From positions 5,908 through 69,907 of the forward strand of contig JAWXAN010000035.1 of NCBI GenBank assembly GCA_034439475.1: DNA of 64,000 bases, read 5' to 3'. Each line of letters starts with the position of its first letter. The stretch's first letter is position 1. The DNA is from Candidatus Zixiibacteriota bacterium. GTDB lineage: Bacteria; Zixibacteria; MSB-5A5; GN15; FEB-12. The notes under the pieces were generated by a model, which did no database searches, had not been told where the DNA came from, and saw nothing but the letters and a program-made list of their open reading frames with translations. Both the position numbers and the translations under genes were made by a program. Below, piece by piece: positions 1 through 8,442 of this stretch.

Positions 1-17
1 CTTGACTGCACCCGGCA

Positions 18-869
18 ATGAATATAACTTTTTTTAGAACAACTATGAATACTACCGCGAATCCAAATAAAGCCCTCTGGGAGAAAGGTGATTTCACTGC
101 GATCGCCGCGTATATGCGCGAGTCCGGCGAAGCGCTGGTTGCCTCCCTCGGTTTACAGCCTCCCCTTCGGGTGCTGGATCTCGGATGCGGCGATGGCACG
201 ACCGCAGTTCCGCTAGCGCGCATGGGCATGGATGTCCTTGGGGTGGATATCGCCAGAAATCTTGTCGAGTCCGGAAACAGGCGCGCCGCCTCGCTCGGTC
301 TCGACAACCTGAAATTTCAGGAAGGGGATGCCTCTGATCTGCAGGGTATCGGCGACAAGTCCTTTGATCTGACCATGTCGATTTTCGGCGCCATGTTCGC
401 GCCAAGACCGTTCGATGTCGCCAAAGAGATGGTCCGGGTTACCAGACTGGGAGGAAGTATCGTCATGGGGAACTGGATTCCCAATGACCCGACTTCGTTT
501 GTCTCGCAATTGTTGAAAGTAAGCTCAGCCTTCACCCCGCCTCCGCCAGCCGATTTTGTCAGCCCGCTGACCTGGGGTGTGGAGTCGCATATTGTCGAGC
601 GATTTGGACGGGCCGGTATACCCCCGGAGCGGATTTCGATGTCTCGCGACACCTATACCTTTATCTCTCCCGACTCCCCCGCCGACTATATCGAAAAATT
701 TCGGCAATTTTATGGCCCGACGATGAATGCCTATGATGCCGCGCGGAAAGACGGCAAGGTGGACGAACTCCACCGTCAACTGGTCGAACTGGCGAGAGAG
801 CACAATACGGCGCCAGATGGCCGCACCTCAATCTCCGCCTCTTTCATGCGTGTGACGGTCACTGTCTGA
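18..869 (+). CDS. class I SAM-dependent methyltransferase
   Basis: 283-aa ORF with SAM-binding motif I VLDLGCGDGT and a downstream acidic loop (VLGVD). The substrate cannot be assigned. The true start may be the internal Met at codon 10. Confidence 0.8.
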   Translation: MNITFFRTTMNTTANPNKALWEKGDFTAIAAYMRESGEALVASLGLQPPLRVLDLGCGDGTTAVPLARMGMDVLGVDIARNLVESGNRRAASLGLDNLKFQEGDASDLQGIGDKSFDLTMSIFGAMFAPRPFDVAKEMVRVTRLGGSIVMGNWIPNDPTSFVSQLLKVSSAFTPPPPADFVSPLTWGVESHIVERFGRAGIPPERISMSRDTYTFISPDSPADYIEKFRQFYGPTMNAYDAARKDGKVDELHRQLVELAREHNTAPDGRTSISASFMRVTVTV

Positions 870-968
870 CCTGACTGTCTCAACGCTGATACTCTCGATT
901 TGCTGCGGCCCGCGAGTGTAATAACGGCAGAGGGCATTGGTTTGGTAGCGGCGCGGTCATAGAGGGGA

Positions 969-2072
969 CTAATTACTTGGCGCCTCTACAGACAGAACGA
1001 GCGATTTCATGCATTCGAGGACGTCGCTCTTGATTGCTTCCAAACCAGTTCCAATCGGCCATTTTTTGACGACGAGACGCGGTGTTTCATCCTTAATAAC
1101 GGTCTCGGCTTTATTTACTAAATCGCGGAGATACGGATGAATGATCCGCCTCTTAATCTGCAAGACGGATTTGGCATATCTTTCGAACAGCTGCAATTGC
1201 CACTCTCCGCGCTCTAAAACCAAATCAAAAGCTATTGTTGGAGAACTGGAAAGCAAATTGAAAAAAATAGTATCGTAGCTATGCGGCCGAGGTCCGGAAA
1301 ATCGACTATTTAGAGAATCTGCTTTCTCAAACAGATCTCTAAGCAGTTCTCTTTGCTTGGTTAGTTGTTCCTGAAAGTCTTTCCGTTTACTGAACATCTC
1401 GTCAATATCTTTACGGTTTGTTTCGAAGAATTCGTCTGATTTCTGATTTGCCATATTTTCCCCTGCAAGATTAGTAGTTGTTTGCATGAACTCTAAAAAG
1501 TAAGTAAGCCATTTTGGATTCGCTTGCCCAATGTAATCACCAATACTGTCCCTCACACATTTCCAAAGTTCAGAATAAGTGAAGCTTTCAAATCCATTAC
1601 TAGATTGTTCTATTAGCACTTTTTTATGGAGAGCAAGCACGACTTTTATTTTACACCCCTGCATGTTATCAACAGCCCGGCTATAGTCGTTGAGGTCATT
1701 GTAAAGGGTAGCATAAATCTTATTCTCTATCACGATAGTGTACTTTTCCAGTTCGATGAGAATATCAATCCGTTTGCGGTCATCCGTCCCCCACTCCCGT
1801 TTAACCGTTACCTTCCCAAGGTTAGACACCTCATCGATTTGTTTCATTTGTAAGAATGCAACTAGAAGTAGATCCTTGAGCCCATGCTCTCCTTTGGGAT
1901 CAAAGTAGAAAGCAAGGATATTGCTACAAACGTTTTCATAATGGGGATAACCAGAAATCTCCATGAAAGTCTTGCTTGTTTTTGGTAGTTTCTCAAAATC
2001 GCGAACTAGTTCTTGGAATCTTTCGACTGTTGCACTGTCAGCTTCTTTAGGCATGTTGGACTCCGTTTTCAC
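969..2072 (-). CDS. PD-(D/E)XK nuclease family protein (orphan, low G+C)
   Basis: 367-aa ORF. The N-terminal GYPHYENVCSNILAFYFDP segment and the RIDILIE...IVIENKI (D...E-x-K) core are typical of PD-(D/E)XK superfamily proteins. The C-terminal half is helical and unassigned. Hand counts of single 60-nt lines give about 35-43% G+C, against 50-60% in neighbouring genes. Confidence 0.6.
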   Translation of the reverse strand: MKTESNMPKEADSATVERFQELVRDFEKLPKTSKTFMEISGYPHYENVCSNILAFYFDPKGEHGLKDLLLVAFLQMKQIDEVSNLGKVTVKREWGTDDRKRIDILIELEKYTIVIENKIYATLYNDLNDYSRAVDNMQGCKIKVVLALHKKVLIEQSSNGFESFTYSELWKCVRDSIGDYIGQANPKWLTYFLEFMQTTTNLAGENMANQKSDEFFETNRKDIDEMFSKRKDFQEQLTKQRELLRDLFEKADSLNSRFSGPRPHSYDTIFFNLLSSSPTIAFDLVLERGEWQLQLFERYAKSVLQIKRRIIHPYLRDLVNKAETVIKDETPRLVVKKWPIGTGLEAIKSDVLECMKSLVLSVEAPSN

Positions 2073-2144
2073 TTTGTTACAACTTTTGGTGGTCGGCTAT
2101 CGTCGTTGGATTTCAATTTTGACCTTCACAAATTTCAAAAACAG

Positions 2145-2229
2145 CGGATGGACAGGGATTCGAACCCTAGATACCTTTCGATATAACGGTTTTCGAGACC
2201 GCCGCATTCGACCACTCTGCCGCCTCTCC
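2145..2229 (-). tRNA. tRNA-Ser(CGA), atypical (possible pseudo-tRNA)
   Basis: Cloverleaf folded by hand on the minus strand. It has a 3-bp class-II D stem (GCA/TGC), anticodon loop CU-CGA-AA, a long variable arm and T-loop TTCGAAT. It also has C at position 8 and two adjacent acceptor-stem mismatches: the 5' strand is GGAGAGG and the 3' strand is TCCATCC, giving 4:69 G.A and 5:68 A.C. Confidence 0.65.
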
Positions 2230-2339
2230 ATTACAGGTCGTGAGAACCGGCGGACATGGGGTCGATCGGACGGACTAATTTACAACAAATATGGCGGTTG
2301 TAAAGTGGGGAATTTCTGTGGGCGGAGGGCTTGTCTGTG

Positions 2340-2514
2340 GTGTCGGGCGCCCTCGCCCGACACTATGGTTACAACAGTCAGGCGGGGGCGCCTGACTGCG
2401 CAGAAAAAGATGAACTGTAACCGTCGGGTCGTCCGCATTGGCGGACTCAGAAGCGGGACTCGCAATGGCCGGCGGACAATGTGTCGCCCAACCACAGTCC
2501 GCCGCGGCGGACTG
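2340..2514. repeat. three GC-rich palindromic hairpin modules (H1 2340-2363, H2 2375-2398, H3 2495-2514)
   Basis: H1 is GTGTCGGGCG-CCCT-CGCCCGACAC. H2 is CAGTCAGGCG-GGGG-CGCCTGACTG. H3 is CAGTCCGCC-GC-GGCGGACTG. The same three modules recur in inverted order at 39672-39767, and fragments occur at 3158-3180, 7247-7262 and 56582-56654. Confidence 0.85.
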
Positions 2515-2665
2515 ACCTACAAATCTCATCATACTCCGCCATCGGGTCTCTTTCCGTGGCTGGTGTACGTCCCACCACGCCTGCCCGCTGTGGCGGGGCG
2601 GACTTGAAAGCCTCGTGGACCAGCTACGAAATACGAAGCAAGTGACTTCGGTGCTTCAAAAACAG

Positions 2666-2751
2666 CGGAGAGACAGGGATTCGAACCCTGGATAGGGGTT
2701 ACCTATACACACTTTCCAGGCGTGCGCCTTCAACCACTCGGCCATCTCTCC
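2666..2751 (-). tRNA. tRNA-Ser(GGA)
   Basis: Minus strand sequence GGAGAGATGGCCGAGTGGTTGAAGGCG...CCAGGGTTCGAATCCCTGTCTCTCCG. The 7-bp acceptor stem is perfect, the anticodon loop is CU-GGA-AA, and there is a long variable arm. Confidence 0.92.
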
Positions 2752-3038
2752 GTCGGTCGATTCAGATCCCGCAGACGCGGGAACGGACAATGTACGATCT
2801 ACGACCAAAAAGGCAAGACGAAAGCGAAGGTGAGGGTTTGGCCGTAATTCTGTGGTGTCGGTTGGTTCTTGCGGATTCTTACAGACCGTCAGGTCATTCG
2901 CCGTGGGCGGACTTCGGAGGCCGCAGCACCTGTATCCTCGCTCACGCAACGATATTCCCAAGACCCGTCGGAACGGGTTAAAATTGGAAGAACAGATGTC
3001 AGTACCCAAGGGTCACTGACCTACGAATATCGGAGAAT

Positions 3039-3092
3039 ATGAGATTGCCGTCAGCCACGGCGGACGCCTCGGAAGTCGCTCCTCGCAACGAC
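3039..3092 (+). repeat. cassette repeat ATGAGATTGCC...CTCGCAACGAC (copy)
   Basis: Carries the conserved ends shared with copies at 10675-10727(+), 16083-16124(-), 32828-32863(+), 39620-39655(-), 42865-42913(+), 43142-43187(-) and 43299-43347(+). It is preceded by the flank module GACCTACGAATATCGGAGAAT. Confidence 0.75.
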
Positions 3093-3183
3093 GTGTTGTA
3101 AGATTCCTTATTACCCTCTACCTCTGGAAGAGGGCAGGGTGAGGGCGTATTCACTTCCATGGTGTCGGGCGTCTTCGCCTTTG

Positions 3184-4143
3184 CTATTTCGCGCCGTCAT
3201 TGCCGAAATAGAGATGTCTGTCCAACAGCTTCACAAACTCAGACCAGTTCCCTTTTTGTTGTCTCGCCCGGTAGCGGTCGATGGCATTCATTTTGGCATC
3301 GATTTCATCGCAATAATACAACAAAAATGCTTCAGCCATCTGAGGGCGGACCGGCGACTGATTTTGATATTCTCCCTGATGCGCGAGAAGCATGTGCCGC
3401 AATTTCATCAACAGTGAATCGGGGAAGGTTGGAATCTGCGCCGCACGCTGGCAGATCCAGTGATCGGCAAGGCAGATGTGACCGACAAGCCGGCCCTCAT
3501 CGGTGAAATCAATGACCATGTCGCTCGTATAGGTATCGATTTTGCCGGCATCGTGAAGCAGTCCGCCGAAAATCAGATAATCTTTATTGATATGCTCATA
3601 GCCAACCGCGACTCGAATCGCAAGTTCTGCAACCGAAGCCGAGTGCTCGGAGAGACCGCCGATATAGGCATGGTGCCATAGTTTTCCTGCCGGAGCGACA
3701 AGAAACTTATCCAGAAAATGCGGGTCCTGCCAGAACGCATTGACCAAAGTTTTGATATAGTTGTTTTCGATTTTTTCGGTAAGTGAGAAAAGCCGCGCCT
3801 GACGTTCCTCTCGCGATTGGCTTGAATGCGGCAGGATGTCTTCTATTTTGTATTCGTTTTCAAGCGCCAGCCGCATTTTACTGAGCGTTATCTGGCGTTT
3901 GTTATTGTATTCGCCGACCTGCCCGCGGACTTTGACCACCATGCTTTCTGTTAGCTCTGTAAGGGCAAATTGATCCGGCTCCCACAGGACGGCGTTGATT
4001 CGGCCAGTAGAATCACCCAACTCCAGAGAAACAAATTGCCCGCGGGTGAATTCTCTGACTTCGACTTTGCGAATGACAAAAAACCCGTCGATCTTGTCCT
4101 CAATTGAAAAATCTTTGATATGTCGTGCTTCCACAGTGGTCAT
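3184..4143 (-). CDS. OB-fold + HD-domain phosphohydrolase, YhaM-like 3'-5' exoribonuclease
   Basis: 319-aa ORF. The N-terminal part is OB-fold-like (FVSLELGDSTGRINAVLWE) and the C-terminal part is an HD domain (HS...GGLLHDAGK). Confidence 0.7.
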   Translation of the reverse strand: MTTVEARHIKDFSIEDKIDGFFVIRKVEVREFTRGQFVSLELGDSTGRINAVLWEPDQFALTELTESMVVKVRGQVGEYNNKRQITLSKMRLALENEYKIEDILPHSSQSREERQARLFSLTEKIENNYIKTLVNAFWQDPHFLDKFLVAPAGKLWHHAYIGGLSEHSASVAELAIRVAVGYEHINKDYLIFGGLLHDAGKIDTYTSDMVIDFTDEGRLVGHICLADHWICQRAAQIPTFPDSLLMKLRHMLLAHQGEYQNQSPVRPQMAEAFLLYYCDEIDAKMNAIDRYRARQQKGNWSEFVKLLDRHLYFGNDGAK

Positions 4144-4244
4144 AATATAACTAGTATGGCCAGAATCGCAAGAAAATCTGAAACACAGGGAGCTTACAAT
4201 AGGAATTGCCCAGCATTGTATAACTGCTATATTGTCAAACGCTT

Positions 4245-5573
4245 ATGAAAATACTAACTCGATATATAATCCGTGAGCACATCGCCCCGTTCTTGTTTGC
4301 CTTTTTTACGATAACTTTTCTGCTTGTCATCGACCATGTCCCGCGCATTATCGATCATGTCATAGATAAAAATCTCTCAATCTGGATCGCGCTGGAATTG
4401 GTGGGGCTGAACCTGGCCTGGATGCTCGCGCTTTCGATTCCCATGGCGGTGCTGGTTGCGACGCTTATGGCCTTCGGGCGACTGTCATCGGACTTTGAGA
4501 TCACTGCCGTCAAAGCCTCCGGGATAAATCTGATTCATGTACTTATGCCTCTGCTGGTTATCGGGGGCCTGCTGAGTTTTGGGATGGTTCAATTCAATGA
4601 CAAAGTCCTGCCCGATCTCAACCAAAAGGCCCGCATACTGTGGGGAGACATCGCTTCGATGCGTCCCACACTTATTTTTCGCTCCGGAACATTCATCACC
4701 GATGTCCCGGGATATCTTATCTTAATTGACAAAATTGACCATACGACATCGCGAGTCGAGGGCGTGCGCATCACCGAGACCAAAGTCCCGAGCACTCCGC
4801 GAATTATTGTGGCTGACTACGGCTTTTTGAAAACAGTCGACAATGGCGCAACCACAGAATTCACTCTCCATAACGGCGAATTGCACTCGCTTGACCTGAG
4901 CCAGCCGGAGAACTATCGCAAAATTGACTTTGAGACACAGGTCTTCAATGTAACGGGAACCGGCTCCGAGCTTCAACGCAGTGAAACAGAATATCGCTCT
5001 GACCGTGAGATGAATATCCAGGAATTAAAAGAGAATGTGGATCGAGCGACTTTGTCAATGGCTCCGAATAGCGAACAGATTGCGAGCTTTCTCAGAACCC
5101 GGCTCACCTATCTTTTTGCAGACACTTTCTCATACAGCTTCAAAGATTCTTTGACCGATTCGGCCGCGTATCAAATAGTCAAAACCGATGCGGCTGTCAT
5201 GGCCAATCAATTGCAAAAGAGCAATGACCAGATTTTCGCCCAATCGCAGGTCAGAAATAAGTATCAAATCGAACTGTACAAAAAATATTCGATTCCCGCG
5301 GCGACACTTGCCTTTATCCTGGTCGGAGCGCCTATCGGCATGCTCACACGCAAAGGCGGGATGGGGATCGCGATTGCCATTTCCATCGGGATTTTCATTC
5401 TCTATTGGGCGTTTCTTATAGGCGGAGAGGACATCGCCGATCGTGGCCTGCTCTCGCCCTTCTGGGCGATGTGGTCAGCGAATATTCTTCTCGGCGTGCT
5501 CGGGCTCTATTTAATCATCAAAGTAGTTACCGAACGTCCGATATTTTCATTTTTCAGGAAATCAAATCTTTAG
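4245..5573 (+). CDS. lptF: LPS export ABC transporter permease LptF (YjgP/YjgQ family)
   Basis: 442-aa ORF. It has the MKILTRYIIREH N-terminus typical of the LptF/G family, six predicted TM segments and a large periplasmic insert, and it is paired with lptG. Confidence 0.8.
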   Translation: MKILTRYIIREHIAPFLFAFFTITFLLVIDHVPRIIDHVIDKNLSIWIALELVGLNLAWMLALSIPMAVLVATLMAFGRLSSDFEITAVKASGINLIHVLMPLLVIGGLLSFGMVQFNDKVLPDLNQKARILWGDIASMRPTLIFRSGTFITDVPGYLILIDKIDHTTSRVEGVRITETKVPSTPRIIVADYGFLKTVDNGATTEFTLHNGELHSLDLSQPENYRKIDFETQVFNVTGTGSELQRSETEYRSDREMNIQELKENVDRATLSMAPNSEQIASFLRTRLTYLFADTFSYSFKDSLTDSAAYQIVKTDAAVMANQLQKSNDQIFAQSQVRNKYQIELYKKYSIPAATLAFILVGAPIGMLTRKGGMGIAIAISIGIFILYWAFLIGGEDIADRGLLSPFWAMWSANILLGVLGLYLIIKVVTERPIFSFFRKSNL

Positions 5574-5577
5574 TGTC

Positions 5578-6660
5578 ATGTTAAAAACACTCGATCGATA
5601 CCTGCTCACGTATTTTTTCCAGTCACTTTTTGTGGTTAGTCTTGCCGCTGGGCTTATGATTATTGTTATCAATATGGTCGATATGCTGAGATATTTTGTG
5701 GATAAAAACACTTCAATTCTGATTGTTCTTGAGTACTATCTTTATTTTGCAGGCTGGGTGATTAAATCTTTTCTGCCGATGTTTGTCATGCTTGCGAGTC
5801 TTTTCTCAGTTTCAATACTCGCTCGCCGACAAGAGATACTTGCGATGAAGGCATCGGGAATTTCTCTGTATCGAATCGCGCTTCCGTTTCTGGTCGTCGG
5901 GGCGCTCTTATCGGTCGGTCATTTTTACTACAATGAGTATATTTTCCCCGCAGCCAACAAAAAGCGGATCGAGATGAGAGAGTTTGTGATAGAAAACAAA
6001 TCCCGGTCGTCGCAAGCGTCGGTGCGTAATCTCTACCGCCAAATTAGTCCAGGGCATTTCTACACAATCAGTAATTACAATTCCGATCGAAACGAGGGAA
6101 CTGATTTCAAACTCTATAAAACCGAAAACAACACTCTCAGCCGGCTTATGACAGCCGAAAAAATTGTTTTTATCGATCTTCGCTGGCAGGCCATAGCTGG
6201 ATTTGTCCGAACCTTCGATAAATCCAAGCAGGAAACATTCGATACCTTTGACACTCTGGCTCTGACAGAAATAAGAGATTCTCCGTCCGAATTGGCCAAA
6301 CGGCTCGGCAAGCCGGAAGATATGAGTCTCGATGAGTTGAAGCATTATATCGAGGTTATGAAACGTACCGGGGGCCAGTACACCCATGAATCACTCGATC
6401 TCAAAATCAAATACGCGTTCCCGGTGACTTCGTTTGTCGTTGTGCTGATCTGCGTGCCGTTCGCGGCAAATCCGCGAAGGGGCGGCATTGCGGCCTCGTT
6501 TGCCGCGGGAGCGCTTATCGCGCTTTCTTATTTTGTGCTTTTTCGCATCAGCCAGTCGTCGGGCTACAATCAGAAGATTTCGGAAGATGTCGCAGCCTGG
6601 GGAATCAACGGCCTGTTTTTTCTGGTGGGCTTATTTCTGATGATTCGGGCGAGGAAATAG
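5578..6660 (+). CDS. lptG: LPS export ABC transporter permease LptG (YjgP/YjgQ family)
   Basis: 360-aa ORF with the MLKTLDRYLL N-terminus and the same topology as the LptF paralog 5 bp upstream. Confidence 0.8.
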   Translation: MLKTLDRYLLTYFFQSLFVVSLAAGLMIIVINMVDMLRYFVDKNTSILIVLEYYLYFAGWVIKSFLPMFVMLASLFSVSILARRQEILAMKASGISLYRIALPFLVVGALLSVGHFYYNEYIFPAANKKRIEMREFVIENKSRSSQASVRNLYRQISPGHFYTISNYNSDRNEGTDFKLYKTENNTLSRLMTAEKIVFIDLRWQAIAGFVRTFDKSKQETFDTFDTLALTEIRDSPSELAKRLGKPEDMSLDELKHYIEVMKRTGGQYTHESLDLKIKYAFPVTSFVVVLICVPFAANPRRGGIAASFAAGALIALSYFVLFRISQSSGYNQKISEDVAAWGINGLFFLVGLFLMIRARK

Positions 6661-6876
6661 TTTGTAACAGACGCGTCCGACTCCGTTGGATGGCATCCTC
6701 TGGTTCTTCGTAGCGCGTGTTCGATCGGTCACACGCTTGCTTTGATGATCCGTTTCGTAGTACAAAAAAACTGCTGATTCTTGACTGCATTGTGAATTAA
6801 TTCTTGTCGAATTCAAGTTTATTGCAGATATTACGGTATAATTTCTCTTATGACTTTTTGTAAGAGAGCAACGAGG

Positions 6877-6908
6877 GCAGGTGAGCAATCGCCTGCTTTT
6901 ATTTTTTT
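6877..6908 (+). terminator. Rho-independent terminator
   Basis: 8-bp stem GCAGGTGA/TCGCCTGC (one G.U pair), loop GCAA, followed by TTTTATTTTTTT. It lies 217 nt downstream of the lptG stop. Confidence 0.7.
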
Positions 6909-7004
6909 GCTTTGGTGTATAATGGTGAGCTGGCGAAGAGACCTTTGTGAGCATTGTTCGCGTTTTACAGTTAGTAAGCCAAAGATTGTCAGGCGCAAAA
7001 GAGC

Positions 7005-7034
7005 TTGACATCCCGCTGGAAGCGGAAGTATACT
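7005..7034 (+). promoter_or_regulatory. sigma70-like promoter for tRNA-Glu
   Basis: TTGACA (7005-7010), an 18-nt spacer, then TATACT (7029-7034). The tRNA starts at 7057. Confidence 0.5.
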
Positions 7035-7056
7035 TTCGACTGCAATTTATCTGTCT

Positions 7057-7128
7057 GACCCCATCGTCTAGTGGTTAGGACATCGCCCTTTCACGGCGGT
7101 AGCACGGGTTCGACTCCCGTTGGGGTCA
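7057..7128 (+). tRNA. tRNA-Glu(UUC)
   Basis: Acceptor stem GACCCCA/TGGGGTC, anticodon loop CU-TTC-AC, T-loop TTCGACT, discriminator A. CCA is not encoded. Confidence 0.92.
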
Positions 7129-7301
7129 TTTTTTTCTTATTCTCGGAGATAGGATACCAGTCTGTTTGACCAGATTGCTACTGGACACCTGCCCCGGAGA
7201 AGGCGAGACAACAGGTTTCTGTCTGAGTATACTGATGTGGGATTGGTGGCGCCTGACTGCCGTCGCGGGGGGCGGGCGGGACTATGTTATTTTTTATCAT
7301 T

Positions 7302-7330
7302 TGTAGCCCACCCAACGGGTGGGTTTTTAT
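7302..7330 (+). terminator. terminator-shaped repeat module TGTAGCCCACCCAACGGGTGGGTTTTTAT
   Basis: CCCACCC/GGGTGGG stem followed by T5. An exact reverse-complement copy lies at 16243-16271. Confidence 0.6.
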
Positions 7331-7396
7331 ACTGTATGAACGGTTACATAGTTGACATATCTATCCAGGGACATGGTTGACACTTTTGTGGTTTTG

Positions 7397-7996
7397 TCAT
7401 CTTTCTTTCCGATGTCTCCATCGTCTCGGGTAATGTCGCAGACAGTATGTTTTCGTATCAAGCACGGCTAATCTAATCGGTCCAAACCAAATAGTCCAGC
7501 GGTCAGTCTCAGTCTCTTCCATGCCTATGTGCTGTCCGGCTAAGGTAGCGCTGAGATAAATTTGTCGTGATTTCCATCTGAGGTCGCCTTGTCCATGAAC
7601 CGTGCGAACCAGGAAATGGTCAGGATACTTTATCTCCGGCAGTCGTGACGGATATGTCCGCCGCGAGAGAGCAAAGAGACTCTGCGGCGTCTTCTGTCCT
7701 ATGCCTTCATGAGGACGGTCATTGTTATACTCATGGCGGAAGGCATCAAAAGCTCTCTGTTGTGCACGCAGGGTTGCCTTGGGCGGAGAAGCCGTCTGGG
7801 CTTTGAGCGTCCGATGCATGCGTTCATGACGGCCATTCTGAGCCGGGACTCCAGGAGCAATTCTCTCAGGGATAATACCCAGTCTGAGGAGCCAAATAGA
7901 TATCAGGGAGAGTCCGCCGACGGTCGTCGTCGCAAAGGGAGGACCATTATCACTTCGGATAGCCTCAGGCAGACCATACGAGCGGTGTGAGAACAA
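7397..7996 (-). pseudogene. IS481-family (rve/DDE) transposase, 5'-truncated remnant
   Basis: The 199-aa ORF contains only the C-terminal integrase core (SDNGPPF ... NGRHERMHRTLK ... YNNDRPHEGIG). The N-terminal HTH and the first catalytic Asp region are absent, and no in-frame continuation exists upstream. The truncation point abuts the hairpin repeat at 8013-8041. Confidence 0.75.
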
Positions 7997-8012
7997 AATG
8001 TTTCTTAGATAT

Positions 8013-8041
8013 GGTGCAGGCCAGAGACGGCCTGCACGAAG
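8013..8041 (+). repeat. hairpin module GGTGCAGGCCAGAGACGGCCTGCACGAAG (copy a)
   Basis: Identical 29-mers occur at 8013-8041, 10595-10623 and 32933-32961. A covarying inverted copy lies at 16182-16205. Confidence 0.9.
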
Positions 8042-8442
8042 TTTTTGGGTACCTCACTCCGCCACAGCGGGCTGGCACTGGCAATCTCAGGTTCTCTTAC
8101 CTTGGGTGCGAGACCGTTATCTCCTCTTTAACTACTGGTGCGCAAAAATTGAACATGCCAACTGTTACTTTAGTAGCTTTAATATCCCCGTCATAAGCCG
8201 ATACTATTCATCAATAGGCAGTGTATGAATAGACTTCAGAGACATATTCGACTTTTGCGCTACTCGCCGCTTCTTTGGCTGCGTTTTACCAGCCGACGGT
8301 ATGTCATTAAGGCTGCGATTGTGCGACGTATGACACTTCTACGGTTTGGTATGGCAAGACGCAAGCCTCTGTAGGCGGAACACAAGCCCGCTTCGCACTG
8401 GACAAACACAAACCTCTATTCCAACTTCGCCCGCAAAGGACT

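Noticed and set aside
869-2229. Prophage or integrative element at the tRNA-Ser(CGA) gene
   Set aside because: No integrase, excisionase or phage genes are present, and I could not find a direct repeat of the tRNA 3' end near 869-969 by eye. Only the weaker island-remnant idea is retained as a finding.
1963-2607. 214-aa plus-strand ORF spanning the region between the nuclease gene and the tRNA-Ser genes
   Set aside because: It reads straight through the tRNA-Ser(CGA) gene and the H1/H2/H3 palindromes. The translation is rich in Arg, Gly, Cys and Trp with no motif. It is an artefact of GC-rich repeats lacking stop codons.
2656-3009. 117-aa minus-strand ORF (with other 60-115-aa ORFs at 2275-2532, 3139-3506)
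   Set aside because: It overlaps tRNA-Ser(GGA) and repeat modules, or it is antisense to the yhaM-like gene. There is no RBS and no recognisable domain.
6631-7011. 126-aa minus-strand ORF in the lptG to tRNA-Glu spacer
   Set aside because: It overlaps the lptG 3' end and crosses the strong plus-strand terminator and the tRNA promoter. It has an A+T-rich, low-complexity Lys/Ser/Thr composition and no RBS.
7998-8228. 76-aa ORF and the 109-aa ORF at 15925-16254, which share the peptide RYGAGQR(R/H)PAR..VPHS
   Set aside because: The shared peptide is only the translation of the same hairpin plus GGTACC-CACTCC repeat modules. The similarity stops at the module boundaries and the stem substitutions are compensatory at the nucleotide level. 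This is conservation of DNA or RNA, not protein.
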